This document shows, piece after piece, positions 38,404 to 47,403 of a stretch of 64,000 bases of DNA. The position numbers and the translations under genes are program-made. Every line of letters begins with the position of its first letter. The stretch's first letter is position 1. Location of the stretch: the sequence record MK599315.1; one strand, given 5' to 3'. The notes under the pieces are model-generated. The model searched no databases and was not told where the DNA came from. It saw nothing but the letters and a program-made list of their open reading frames with translations.

Positions 38404-39914
38404 TTCAGGAGTTTATGTCCTGGTACAAAGAGATCATGTCGATCAATCCGACATTCGCATCTTTAGTCGGTGTTGGTTTGGGTGGCTGGGTGCTTATGAT
38501 GGCGCGAAGTTTACCTAAGAAAATGTTCAACGCAATTCGGAATCAGGTTGTCACATCCCTGATAATGAACAATGGTGGTCATGGCCCTAATGAAGAACAA
38601 TGTATCGCCTTCATGAAGTGGTTCAAACAACAACCTATCGCCAGGTTCAGTCGGAAGCTATCGTTGAACTCTATGTGGAATGGTAGTCCCTCTCCTAGCA
38701 CCGATATCGGTGCTGGTTTTGGTACCCATTTCTTCTTCTACAAAGGGCGCTTCTTCTGGTTCAATCGCTCTAAGCTGGATAGCTCTGGTACTCATATGGA
38801 AAAATTCCAGATTGAGATCCACGGCTTGACTAGGAACACTCAACTACTGTTAGATCTTGTAGAGGAATTCCGTGTTAAGGGAGATGATAAAGAAGTCTGC
38901 GTCATTCCATGGGAAGGCTTGCGTTGGGGTGATTCTATCCCGATTACTAAACGCGCGCTGAACACAGTTATCATGAACCGCAAACAAAAAGCGGAGATCA
39001 TTGGTAAGATTGAAGAGTTCTTCTCTGGACGGGAGTGGTATGAGTCCCGTGGCATGCCGTACAAAATGTGCGCTATGCTTTCAGGTCCCCCTGGCACTGG
39101 TAAGACATCTATCGGTAAGGCAATCGCTTCGGCTTTTAATAAGAATATTTATTGGTTGTCTTTAGCCAGTATCTCCGATGAACTGCTTCGTAAAGCTGTT
39201 ACGTCTATGCCTTCTGGTAGTGTTCTGATGATCGAGGACTTCGATACCAATAAGGCAGTCCAGAATCGTTCGCTTAAGAAACTGACAGCTGGCGAGGAAG
39301 ATGAGTTGGATAGCCTTATCACTCAGATGGGGTTGACTAACTATCGAGTGATAGATAATGGCGGCGGACCCATGTGTATATGGGATATACCCGGTGAAGA
39401 TTTCAGTGTTGGGTATCAGCAACACAACCCAACTGAATCGCGTCAATACCGAGATGTCATTGGAAACAGCTTTGATGCACCGGTGCCGGAAGAACCCCTT
39501 TCTAAATACATTGCCGATGACCCAATTATGCTTCGCATATGGGAACTTCATAACCGTCGTGCTAATGGAGGTGAAGAAGATACTCGCATGGGTGGCCTAA
39601 CACTCTCTGGCCTGTTGAATGCCCTTGATGGTGTTGTTCCGTTGGATGGATCGCTGATTCTTCTAACTACCAACCATCCAGAGCACCTTGATCCAGCATT
39701 GGTTCGTAAGGGCCGTGTTGATCATCAATGGGAGATCGGTTTGCTGGAGGATGCAGAAGTTCGTGATTATATCGAGCTGATGTTCCCGTCTACTCAAGTA
39801 GATAAAGGTATTGTGTTCCGTTCAATTGCCGGTTGTGATCTGCAAGCTCTGTTTGCAGAAAACCGCAATGACGTTAAAGCCTTCATCGAGTCTATCCCGA
39901 AAGATATCGTTTGA
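38400..39914 (+). CDS. BCS1-like membrane-anchored AAA+ ATPase
   Basis: N-terminal TM helix; BCS1_N-like GFGTHFFFYKGRFFWFNR; Walker A GPPGTGKT; Walker B LMIED; GLTLSGLLNALDGV; TTNHPEHLDPALVRKGRVD. Confidence 0.88.
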   Translation: MIQEFMSWYKEIMSINPTFASLVGVGLGGWVLMMARSLPKKMFNAIRNQVVTSLIMNNGGHGPNEEQCIAFMKWFKQQPIARFSRKLSLNSMWNGSPSPSTDIGAGFGTHFFFYKGRFFWFNRSKLDSSGTHMEKFQIEIHGLTRNTQLLLDLVEEFRVKGDDKEVCVIPWEGLRWGDSIPITKRALNTVIMNRKQKAEIIGKIEEFFSGREWYESRGMPYKMCAMLSGPPGTGKTSIGKAIASAFNKNIYWLSLASISDELLRKAVTSMPSGSVLMIEDFDTNKAVQNRSLKKLTAGEEDELDSLITQMGLTNYRVIDNGGGPMCIWDIPGEDFSVGYQQHNPTESRQYRDVIGNSFDAPVPEEPLSKYIADDPIMLRIWELHNRRANGGEEDTRMGGLTLSGLLNALDGVVPLDGSLILLTTNHPEHLDPALVRKGRVDHQWEIGLLEDAEVRDYIELMFPSTQVDKGIVFRSIAGCDLQALFAENRNDVKAFIESIPKDIV

Positions 39915-39989
39915 CGATATATTGCGGTGGGGAAAACCCACCGCTTTTCTCAATTAAATAGAAAATACAAATTCTAAGAGGAGTACCTG

Positions 39990-40679
39990 ATGTACACTAA
40001 TGATTCCAAGACCGCAGCGTACGAGAATACTCGCCGCCTGATCATGAAATACATGGCTGACTTCACCAATACCTCAACCCCACCTAAAGTTAAAAAGGGT
40101 TGGTATGCTTTGGTCACCCGCGATACTGGGGACGTATGGCTTGCGGAGTCTCCGTCATTTTCTGCTGTAATGCAACGCTTCCGTTCTGGAAGTATGGCAA
40201 ACATGCCGGTTGCTATTGATGAAGCAGTAAAGGCTGGCCAAAAACTGGATCTTTGGTTCTGTACTAAACCGGAGATCAATGTGGAACAACTGCGAGAAGA
40301 GTTGGATCAAAGGGATCAACTTCTGCAACGAACTGCGCCACGTAAATCTTCCAATGGTAGGGTGTTCGTCATCCGCCATGATAAGTCGGCGGATTATTTC
40401 CTGACGAAAACCCGTAATAATAATACCACGGAATATGAAGTACTGACCAAGTTCATGTACTACATTGGTAAGATCGAACACTCTCACCATTTCCGTTCGA
40501 ACAAGCTTCTTCAGAGCTTCGTTACTGAACAAGCTGAAGATATCCTGAAATGTCGGGGTTTCACTATCACCGAGGTAGCTGAGTTCAAGTCGATTGATGA
40601 AGCAATCGAGATCATGGAAAACTTCACCATCGATTCCCCTATGGGTCGATGCTTGAATCAAAGCTTCACTCGTCATTAA
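39990..40679 (+). CDS. hypothetical protein with two degenerate GIY-YIG-like repeats
   Basis: GWYALVTRDTGDVWLAES and GRVFVIRHDKSADYFLTKT. Confidence 0.55.
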   Translation: MYTNDSKTAAYENTRRLIMKYMADFTNTSTPPKVKKGWYALVTRDTGDVWLAESPSFSAVMQRFRSGSMANMPVAIDEAVKAGQKLDLWFCTKPEINVEQLREELDQRDQLLQRTAPRKSSNGRVFVIRHDKSADYFLTKTRNNNTTEYEVLTKFMYYIGKIEHSHHFRSNKLLQSFVTEQAEDILKCRGFTITEVAEFKSIDEAIEIMENFTIDSPMGRCLNQSFTRH

Positions 40680-40756
40680 AATGTACTGAGGCTACATAAT
40701 CTAGTGAGTGCTTATGTAGCCTCTAATCTCTTTTAAGAATTAATAGGAATAGCTCC

Positions 40757-41458
40757 ATGTCGACAAAGATCATCAATCTTCCCTTCGTACAACTGGTCCT
40801 GAAACGCATCAGTGATTATACGTTGAATCATCAGTCTGGTTTGGATGATGTACCGCATCTGTGCGTAAAGGTAAAACATAACAACGGTTATGCCTGGTTT
40901 GGCGTTAACATTCTCAACCACGAAACTCGGGCATGGTCTAGTTTCGAGGTCGATGAAATGAAAGCTCGTTTCCTCGAAGCAATCAACAAACTGTGCGATG
41001 TAATCGAGATCGTTACAGACGTATCACGACTGATGGAATCTATCCAAGATGTTGTAACTGGTCGTAAGCGTCCCACCTTCTTTGGTGGTCATGGAAACGA
41101 CATGATCCAAATGCACACGATCAATAACGTGCAGTTGGATGTATATCGCGAAGACATCAATTCAGACACCATGTCTTACGGAGGCTTCGCAGCTGAAGTT
41201 CGAATCAATGGTCAGGACTATCCTCTGTTCCTGTATCATCGTGGCGTTATTCTCTATCACTACATCAATGAGGTAGATGCCAAACGACTGATCGTAGATT
41301 CGTTGACCAACAACTTTGGTGAACTGTTTGAGAATTATGAAGTTGATGAACAACATGTAAATGTATTCCGTGTAGTTGAACGCACGCGGAATAAAAATCG
41401 TAATGAGGCGGACAGTAGAACCATCCGTTCTCTGACCGATAGCCGACGGAGCGCATAA
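40757..41458 (+). CDS. hypothetical protein
   Basis: AGGA RBS. Confidence 0.8.
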   Translation: MSTKIINLPFVQLVLKRISDYTLNHQSGLDDVPHLCVKVKHNNGYAWFGVNILNHETRAWSSFEVDEMKARFLEAINKLCDVIEIVTDVSRLMESIQDVVTGRKRPTFFGGHGNDMIQMHTINNVQLDVYREDINSDTMSYGGFAAEVRINGQDYPLFLYHRGVILYHYINEVDAKRLIVDSLTNNFGELFENYEVDEQHVNVFRVVERTRNKNRNEADSRTIRSLTDSRRSA

Positions 41459-41880
41459 TGGCTTCTCAACTCATTGTTGTCGATCTCACTAAAGGTGGGC
41501 AAAAAGTCGACTTCAGTGAGTTGACTAGAGAGCCCACTGATAGTCTAATGTTCTATGTTGGAGAGGAACATGAGGCGGCCCATCTACATCAATTCTCCTA
41601 TAACCCAGAATTCAGTAACTGGCAGAAACTAGAGTTCTGTATTTTCTGGGATCATCAACATCGTTCTACAGCGGAAGATCCTCGTGTTGAAACTGACACT
41701 GAGTTATACATCCGTAAATTATGTAGACAATACGAAGTTGCCATCGATGGGTACATGTTAGGTGTTAAGCACTTTGGACAACGTACTATCGTTGAGTTCA
41801 AAATGAAGGAAGAGATAGCTACTCCTCTAACTTTAGATTGGACAAAGGTCGAACCTCCACCTAGGGAGGTAATCGTTTAG
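41458..41880 (+). CDS. hypothetical protein
   Basis: TAATG overlap. Confidence 0.8.
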   Translation: MASQLIVVDLTKGGQKVDFSELTREPTDSLMFYVGEEHEAAHLHQFSYNPEFSNWQKLEFCIFWDHQHRSTAEDPRVETDTELYIRKLCRQYEVAIDGYMLGVKHFGQRTIVEFKMKEEIATPLTLDWTKVEPPPREVIV

Positions 41881-41900
41881 TTAAAGGTTACGCACTATCA

Positions 41901-42085
41901 TATGCGTTTCCTGATCCTTTACGATAGCTCTTTTACAATTTGGTTAAGCTGGGCTGAAATCCAGCGATCGACACGATGGGTTAGAGTCCCATCACCTTTA
42001 GGGGTCTTCCATCGGCTGATCCCTGTGACTAGTGTCACAACCAACCTTGAGCTCCCTCCCCTTGATCGGGGGAGGGGTTTATTTT
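41901..42085 (+). ncRNA. candidate structured ncRNA with terminator
   Basis: TATG at 41901; four hairpins enclosed by TTGGT/ACCAA; terminator at 42054-42085. Confidence 0.45.
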
Positions 42086-42110
42086 GTCTCTCGTCAATAG
42101 GAACCTTCAA

Positions 42111-42578
42111 ATGGCAGTAACTCTTAAATTCCCTTTTATGCCGTCTCTTGAGCCAGCTGAGCTTACGGCTGTCATTCGCGATATCTATCTTGATCAATGC
42201 GCGGAGAAAGGCACGACTCCTCATCCCGAAGCATTTGAGCATCAGCCGGTTGTCCATGTAACGAATATGGTACATGGCGAGGGAGAAGATGTTCACTGGG
42301 CAGAAGATAGCGATAGCGAGAATCTACATATCTGCTTTACCTGCCCGCTGACTGGCGCACTTGCTAAGGTCGTCCAGCCTCTCAATTACACTGCCCCTAT
42401 GAACAAGGTGTGTGTACGTCTCTGGATTGAGCATATGCTGCTCACCATGTTGGAACTTTTGCTGTTTACTCAAATGCAAGAACAAATTACAATAATGTCC
42501 AATGCAGCAAGCGAACGACGTACTATCATAACTAAATCCATCCATGCAAAGAAGGAGCAACTCGATGCAGCTCAGTGA
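42111..42578 (+). CDS. hypothetical protein
   Basis: AGGA RBS, ATG 42111. Confidence 0.8.
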   Translation: MAVTLKFPFMPSLEPAELTAVIRDIYLDQCAEKGTTPHPEAFEHQPVVHVTNMVHGEGEDVHWAEDSDSENLHICFTCPLTGALAKVVQPLNYTAPMNKVCVRLWIEHMLLTMLELLLFTQMQEQITIMSNAASERRTIITKSIHAKKEQLDAAQ

Positions 42579-43095
42579 TCTACGTATCCCCACTGAGATC
42601 ATTCCTATTGGTCTGTGCTGTCTTTGGGCGCGCGAACAATACGTTGATCCAAATGGTAATTATCTATTCACTGCCAAAGAGGTTATTAGAGGTATCCATC
42701 TGGATAAGATGATGGAAGAGTTTAATAAAGCTATGCGTGAACATTTCTATCATAGCAACCACATCGAGATTACTCTCCATGGTATCGAAATCAAAGATAA
42801 CAAAGTCCATTACTTTCATCAAGAACCTGTTGTTGAGTTCTATGATGAAGTGAAAGCACAGTATTGCAACGTTGAGCTGGCTCGTTATGATGCTGATGTA
42901 ATGGACAAAGACCTGTTCTTTGATATGGTGTCGAAAGAAATCGCTGACCTGAGTAAGATGATCATGCAGCATATCTACTTTAAGTTTGACCGAGTACAAG
43001 CGGAGACCTGGTCTCGTTACCTGCTAGCACGTGGATCTAATAAAAGAAACGGGGCTGGTCTTGAGTCAGTTGACGTAGAAGTTAAACTCTCGTAA
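42565..43095 (+). CDS. hypothetical protein
   Basis: AAGGAG RBS, ATG 42565. Confidence 0.8.
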   Translation: MQLSDLRIPTEIIPIGLCCLWAREQYVDPNGNYLFTAKEVIRGIHLDKMMEEFNKAMREHFYHSNHIEITLHGIEIKDNKVHYFHQEPVVEFYDEVKAQYCNVELARYDADVMDKDLFFDMVSKEIADLSKMIMQHIYFKFDRVQAETWSRYLLARGSNKRNGAGLESVDVEVKLS

Positions 43096-43119
43096 AAGAA
43101 TACTTGAGTTGTAATGATA

Positions 43120-43490
43120 TACGAAGACTAATGTCCCAACAGAACAGAGGTCACCCGGATCATCTCCCCTAAGGCTCCCCGTCGCCATATTAGGGTGCCG
43201 CAGTGACCTCACCTTATTCCCACTAGCTTTCGGTGTAAGTGGGCTCTCTCCGCATAAGATCGGAGAGACTAACAGCGATCCATGCCAAAGGATCAAGCCG
43301 AAGCAGGTATATTGACTTGGCCGTCTTTATATCTGAAGTTACGACGGTTACTACCTCCAGTTGAGAGGGGTATCCCCGAGTGGCGTTACCTAACCAGATG
43401 GGTGCCGACCCGTAATCGGTGCCTTAGCTGGCCAGCTTTCTGGTAAGGTAATTTAACGAATAGCCCGCTCCGTTGAGGAGCGGGTTTTAT
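43120..43490 (+). ncRNA. candidate large structured ncRNA (about 340-370 nt)
   Basis: At least 8 helices in an ORF-free, GC-richer gap; promoter-like GTAATGATAT at 43111; terminator at 43463-43490. Confidence 0.6.
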
Positions 43491-43524
43491 TCCGCCTTAG
43501 ACCGCAAACAGGAGAATTTAAATA

Positions 43525-44202
43525 ATGACTATTGTCATATGGGATGGTAACGATCTTTTGGTTGATCGCATTACTACGATCACTCAGAGCGACATCACCG
43601 GAGCTGATGGTAAACCTCGGCCATACTACGTAGAACTTGATAACTCCAAGATCTATCTTGCCTCTGACCATAAGTGGGAAGCTAAGGTTTGGGGTAGGAA
43701 TATAAAAGCATTTACGATGGTTGGAGATACCGAGCATCGTCATTGCTGGCTTAATTTCCTGGAGACGGGTGACGATGTACACAGCTTAGCAGAGACAGCT
43801 AAGAATTTCCAGCACTTGCTGTCACCTAATGCGGAATACATCGTTATCGATGAAGACAATGTTCTTCATGTATTCGAAGCCACCCATGTAGAATTTAGGA
43901 GCAATTATTATTCCACTCCTGCACGTAAACCAATTATTTTTGGTTGCGCTGAAGCAGTTGAACTATTGAATAATGTATTCACCTCGGCTGAGAACAAACT
44001 GAGTCCGTTGGAATGTATGGTTATAGCTCAAGCGCACTATCCTGTACTTGGTCGTCGATTCGATCACTGGAATGCTGAATCGAATATACTCACACGTGAC
44101 AATGATCTTAGTGATCGGGCACGTCATTGGGTAGCAAGTCGGGCAGTGAAAAAGATATCGGTTAACTCTAAACCCCGTCCTGTCAATATCGTAAATAGGT
44201 AA
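43525..44202 (+). CDS. Ntn-hydrolase (HslV/proteasome-beta-like) family protein, possibly degenerate
   Basis: N-terminus MTIVIWDGNDLLVD resembles the phage MT(T/V)IAWDG..LAAD family; GGAG RBS. Confidence 0.5.
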   Translation: MTIVIWDGNDLLVDRITTITQSDITGADGKPRPYYVELDNSKIYLASDHKWEAKVWGRNIKAFTMVGDTEHRHCWLNFLETGDDVHSLAETAKNFQHLLSPNAEYIVIDEDNVLHVFEATHVEFRSNYYSTPARKPIIFGCAEAVELLNNVFTSAENKLSPLECMVIAQAHYPVLGRRFDHWNAESNILTRDNDLSDRARHWVASRAVKKISVNSKPRPVNIVNR

Positions 44203-44348
44203 ATAAAATGCGCAACCTCCCTGAAGAACGGCTTAAACGTCGTCAACGTGATATGCGTAAAGATAAGCTACAACGTGGATTGATGTGGTCGTTCATCAGT
44301 GTCGTTGTCATCATTTCTGTTATCCAACTTTTTTAAAAGGAAATTAAA

Positions 44349-44882
44349 ATGTCTCAACATGAAATCGCTATTGCAAAAGAACTCTTCACTTTCAAAACCT
44401 TTGTTGAAAGGATGGTTCACGCTACAAAACTGCTCGGTATGACCTGGCGTGTACAAATGCGTGATGATAACGGTAATATCATTCACACCGAAGTAACCGG
44501 TAATAAAGGTGGTCTCGCATTCGTAAAGGATTATGAAGTTGCTATACCGATCTATGGTGAGCAGCTCCTTCTGAATGAAGGTGAAACACCATGGTTGATC
44601 GATGAAAAAGATCCTACATTCATTGAGGTCAATCGCATCCTGACGGAATATAACCGTGCTATCACCGCACCGCTGTATAAGTCGATGCGCGACATTCTCC
44701 CATTTTCCAAACTTCTTATCGATCGTTTTCCAGTCTATAACGACCATCCCCAATTCGCTACCTATCTGGCTGTGAATCCTCTGACCGAAAGAGATGGTTA
44801 TCGGATCAACAAGGACGGTAAATTTGCCTGGTGGACCGGTAAAGGTAAACATCACAATTACGATGTAGTCGAGTTGGTATAA
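44349..44882 (+). CDS. hypothetical protein
   Basis: AAGGA RBS. Confidence 0.8.
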   Translation: MSQHEIAIAKELFTFKTFVERMVHATKLLGMTWRVQMRDDNGNIIHTEVTGNKGGLAFVKDYEVAIPIYGEQLLLNEGETPWLIDEKDPTFIEVNRILTEYNRAITAPLYKSMRDILPFSKLLIDRFPVYNDHPQFATYLAVNPLTERDGYRINKDGKFAWWTGKGKHHNYDVVELV

Positions 44883-44885
44883 GAC

Positions 44886-44932
44886 GACATATAGCCCTCT
44901 CCTTCGGGAGAGGGCTTATGCCTTATTTTTTT
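44886..44932. terminator. bidirectional terminator at the strand switch
   Basis: GCCCTCTCC-TTCG-GGAGAGGGC with T-run between convergent genes. Confidence 0.8.
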
Positions 44933-45817
44933 TTATTCCATCAGCTTCCAGCAGATATCAATATTAGACAATAGCCAGTGGTCGTACCAAAGAATAGTTG
45001 CCCCGACTGTATTTTGCCTAACGTATTTAGATGCCTTGTTATTAGAAAGCGCAACTGCTGTATAAGCATCCTTCTTACTTATTGTATCATATTTAACTTG
45101 TAAGTTAGATGCTGTCCGTAACTGTTTATTATTGTTCATCGGAGTGAACAGATTATCAAACATCCACTGATCCATAATGAATGGTCGGTAGGTATGTCCT
45201 TGATAGATAATATCGCGTCCTTGTTCAACTAGACCTTTAAATCGACTGTCACTTTTTATCTGCGGAGTTATATAAGTACCGTCAAGTGTTCCCTCGACAG
45301 CTGCAAACCCAGCTGCATATACTTCATTTGGATACAACCAGTTATGTACGCTGGATGGAATGAAATATACCTCATTGTTAACCATAAACTTTCCATAAGG
45401 AGGTTTAGTAGTACCCTTGAGGTCAGCACTCCTGAGAGAGCTATATGCTGCTACGAGTTCTGTTAGTCCAGGTAAGTCTTCCATAGGGACTGTACCGAAA
45501 TAGCCCAATGTAGAATCACCCCTTTGTAGCCTGTCTACACCCATGTCGGCATTATTAGACAAGGCACCAGTATTACGTTCTATACAGGTAGTATGACCGG
45601 TATCTAAGAATAAACCTTCTTCTAATACCTGCCTAATAACAACATAGTGCTGAACGTTCTTTATGGCATTGAAATCAACTTCATGATAGTTACGGTAAGG
45701 CGGAGTAGCTGGAATGGTTGCAATTGGCGTTAGTATATTAAGATCAGTGATTTCGGCTGATGCATAAACACGATATTCCTTACAAGCAACTCCAGTCCCA
45801 TAAAACGTAATCTTCAT
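44933..45817 (-). CDS. putative virion structural protein (phiKZ-type paralog family)
   Basis: GDSTLGYFG motif shared with 47868-49436; family assignment from recall of phiKZ-like proteins. Confidence 0.6.
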   Translation of the reverse strand: MKITFYGTGVACKEYRVYASAEITDLNILTPIATIPATPPYRNYHEVDFNAIKNVQHYVVIRQVLEEGLFLDTGHTTCIERNTGALSNNADMGVDRLQRGDSTLGYFGTVPMEDLPGLTELVAAYSSLRSADLKGTTKPPYGKFMVNNEVYFIPSSVHNWLYPNEVYAAGFAAVEGTLDGTYITPQIKSDSRFKGLVEQGRDIIYQGHTYRPFIMDQWMFDNLFTPMNNNKQLRTASNLQVKYDTISKKDAYTAVALSNNKASKYVRQNTVGATILWYDHWLLSNIDICWKLME

Positions 45818-45997
45818 TAAACTCGCCCTCTATATTTAAACAGTGGCCACAACACTCTATTTGTTGTATCGGTAGCAACTGTCTTTGTCATAACACCACG
45901 AGCAAGACGAGCGTAATCGGGGTTGTTCAGTGCAGTGGGAGTTCTAACGATCTCTAATGACGAAACAAAGCCTTCATCAGTGGGGAAGGCTTTTATG

Positions 45998-46180
45998 TTA
46001 TCTATTTCGGCGAGTTATACGGTAGCCAAGTGCACCTAAGTCTACTCTAAAAAACCCTTTACCTTTATTGAAACCACCACCAACACGAACCATACGATCA
46101 CCCTTATCCATCTTGATTTCAGTGAGTTTAAAAGTTCGCGTGAACGCAACGTATTTATGTACCAGTGTACTCATAATCAC
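45998..46180 (-). CDS. hypothetical protein
   Basis: GAGGT RBS. Confidence 0.65.
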   Translation of the reverse strand: MIMSTLVHKYVAFTRTFKLTEIKMDKGDRMVRVGGGFNKGKGFFRVDLGALGYRITRRNR

Positions 46181-46181
46181 C

Positions 46182-46442
46182 TCAATGTAAAACGTTCAAA
46201 CCGTCATGCTTATGACAATCACAGGTACAGAGTTCTTGCTCAATTCCACCTATGATTACAAACGTAGCCTTAGCTACAGGTACGTCATGTTTCTTAGCAT
46301 GCCATACAGCTAACTCATCTGTACGTTCTTTCTGAATGATATCGTCTACAACGCCAAATATCTTTCTTAATACATCGATGTTAAAACTACCATCACGATT
46401 GATGTAGTTCATATAGACGGCATTACAACATGCGAAAGCCAT
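46182..46442 (-). CDS. hypothetical protein
   Basis: Packed ORF. Confidence 0.65.
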   Translation of the reverse strand: MAFACCNAVYMNYINRDGSFNIDVLRKIFGVVDDIIQKERTDELAVWHAKKHDVPVAKATFVIIGGIEQELCTCDCHKHDGLNVLH

Positions 46443-46741
46443 TACTGTTTACTCCCTGTATAGAACAATGGACGCAAATCAGTTTGATAATACTCGTCCT
46501 TCATGTGTGTAAAGTTCTTATCAAAGCTTTCTGTTTTATAAGAAGTTCTCAATCCGTTAGGCCATACAACGAGCATATTGCCAACTTCAAAGTCAGTGAT
46601 CAGAGACTCGAATTCATTAGGGGTAATGGTATCACCGCCCGTCTTAACGAACCGACTAGCTATAAATCCACTCCCCCAATCAGAAGACATCCAGGTACCA
46701 GCTTCTGTGATAAGTTTTGCACGAACTAGAGTTTTACTCAT
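46442..46741 (-). CDS. hypothetical protein
   Basis: Packed ORF, TAATG overlap. Confidence 0.7.
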   Translation of the reverse strand: MSKTLVRAKLITEAGTWMSSDWGSGFIASRFVKTGGDTITPNEFESLITDFEVGNMLVVWPNGLRTSYKTESFDKNFTHMKDEYYQTDLRPLFYTGSKQ

Positions 46742-46891
46742 ATTTGTTTCCCCAGTTTACTGTTTTGTCACCATAATCAACACAGGAGAAGGGATTGAAG
46801 TTATGACACCCAATCCCTACACGAGCAATCTCATTACCTTAACATTAGTAATAGCGAGAAATACGTTACGTGTTTCTTTTTTATTCAACAT
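46734..46891 (-). CDS. small hypothetical protein with apparent 1-bp frameshift at 46839-46840
   Basis: AAGGA RBS; MLNKKETRNVFLAITNV then (with one extra A) KGNEIARVGIGCHNFNPFSCVDYGDKTVNWGNKYE*. Confidence 0.5.
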
Positions 46892-46902
46892 TGTATTTTC
46901 CT

Positions 46903-47403
46903 TTAGTTAACGAGAATTACATAAACATCTTTAGCAAACCATTTAGCAACCCAGTTGTAAAATGATTTCTTCTTGATGGTACCGTAAGTAAACACGTTGC
47001 TAGCATTCTGCAAGATCACGTATTTGATGTGTTCTTGTTTACTAGAGAACTCGATAGTATCGGCAGGTCGAACCGAGAGCGAACGGATATGATCGAAGTT
47101 CCTTTGTGGGTTTACTTCTGGTATACGTCGCGCTACTTCCAAAGTGATTTTAGCTCCATCTTCGGAACTATACGGAATCACCAATGTTGAGTCTGCATTA
47201 GCTACGTACCAATCAATAATGAATTGATCAGGGTTCAACAAAGGACCCGTGTGGAATCCTACGGTTTGATGTTCACGGATCATTACCGCATCTTGTTTAA
47301 TACGAAGTAGTCCACGATTAATTGCGATTGCATTAATCTGACGAGAATCCTCGATTAACATATTGATGTAGTTAATGTGTGCGTTAACGATATTGTCATT
47401 CAT
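46903..47403 (-). CDS. hypothetical protein
   Basis: 166-aa ORF. Confidence 0.75.
   Translation of the reverse strand: MNDNIVNAHINYINMLIEDSRQINAIAINRGLLRIKQDAVMIREHQTVGFHTGPLLNPDQFIIDWYVANADSTLVIPYSSEDGAKITLEVARRIPEVNPQRNFDHIRSLSVRPADTIEFSSKQEHIKYVILQNASNVFTYGTIKKKSFYNWVAKWFAKDVYVILVN

Noticed and set aside
39240-39600. Intein in the AAA ATPase insert
   Set aside because: No N-terminal Cys/Ser block A, no C-terminal His-Asn, and no LAGLIDADG motifs.
43120-43460. RNase P RNA, tmRNA or group I intron identity for the large structured element
   Set aside because: No GAGGAAAGUCC P4 motif, no tRNA-like 5' GGGG or 3' T-arm/CCA, and although GAGAGACTA resembles the group I R element there is no complementary TAGTC P7 strand.
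511-44855. Long antisense ORFs in the ORF track (e.g. 1343-2077, 2171-3151, 4435-5151, 18363-19031, 37681-38355) and plus-strand ORFs over nrdAB (60709-63623)
   Set aside because: They shadow well-supported genes on the opposite strand, lack RBSs and carry no recognisable motifs.
45950-45995. Hammerhead ribozyme (CTGATGA on minus, CTAATGA-C-GAAAC on plus)
   Set aside because: The core motifs are not separated by a stem II on the same strand; the sequence is explained by a terminator hairpin and a coding remnant.
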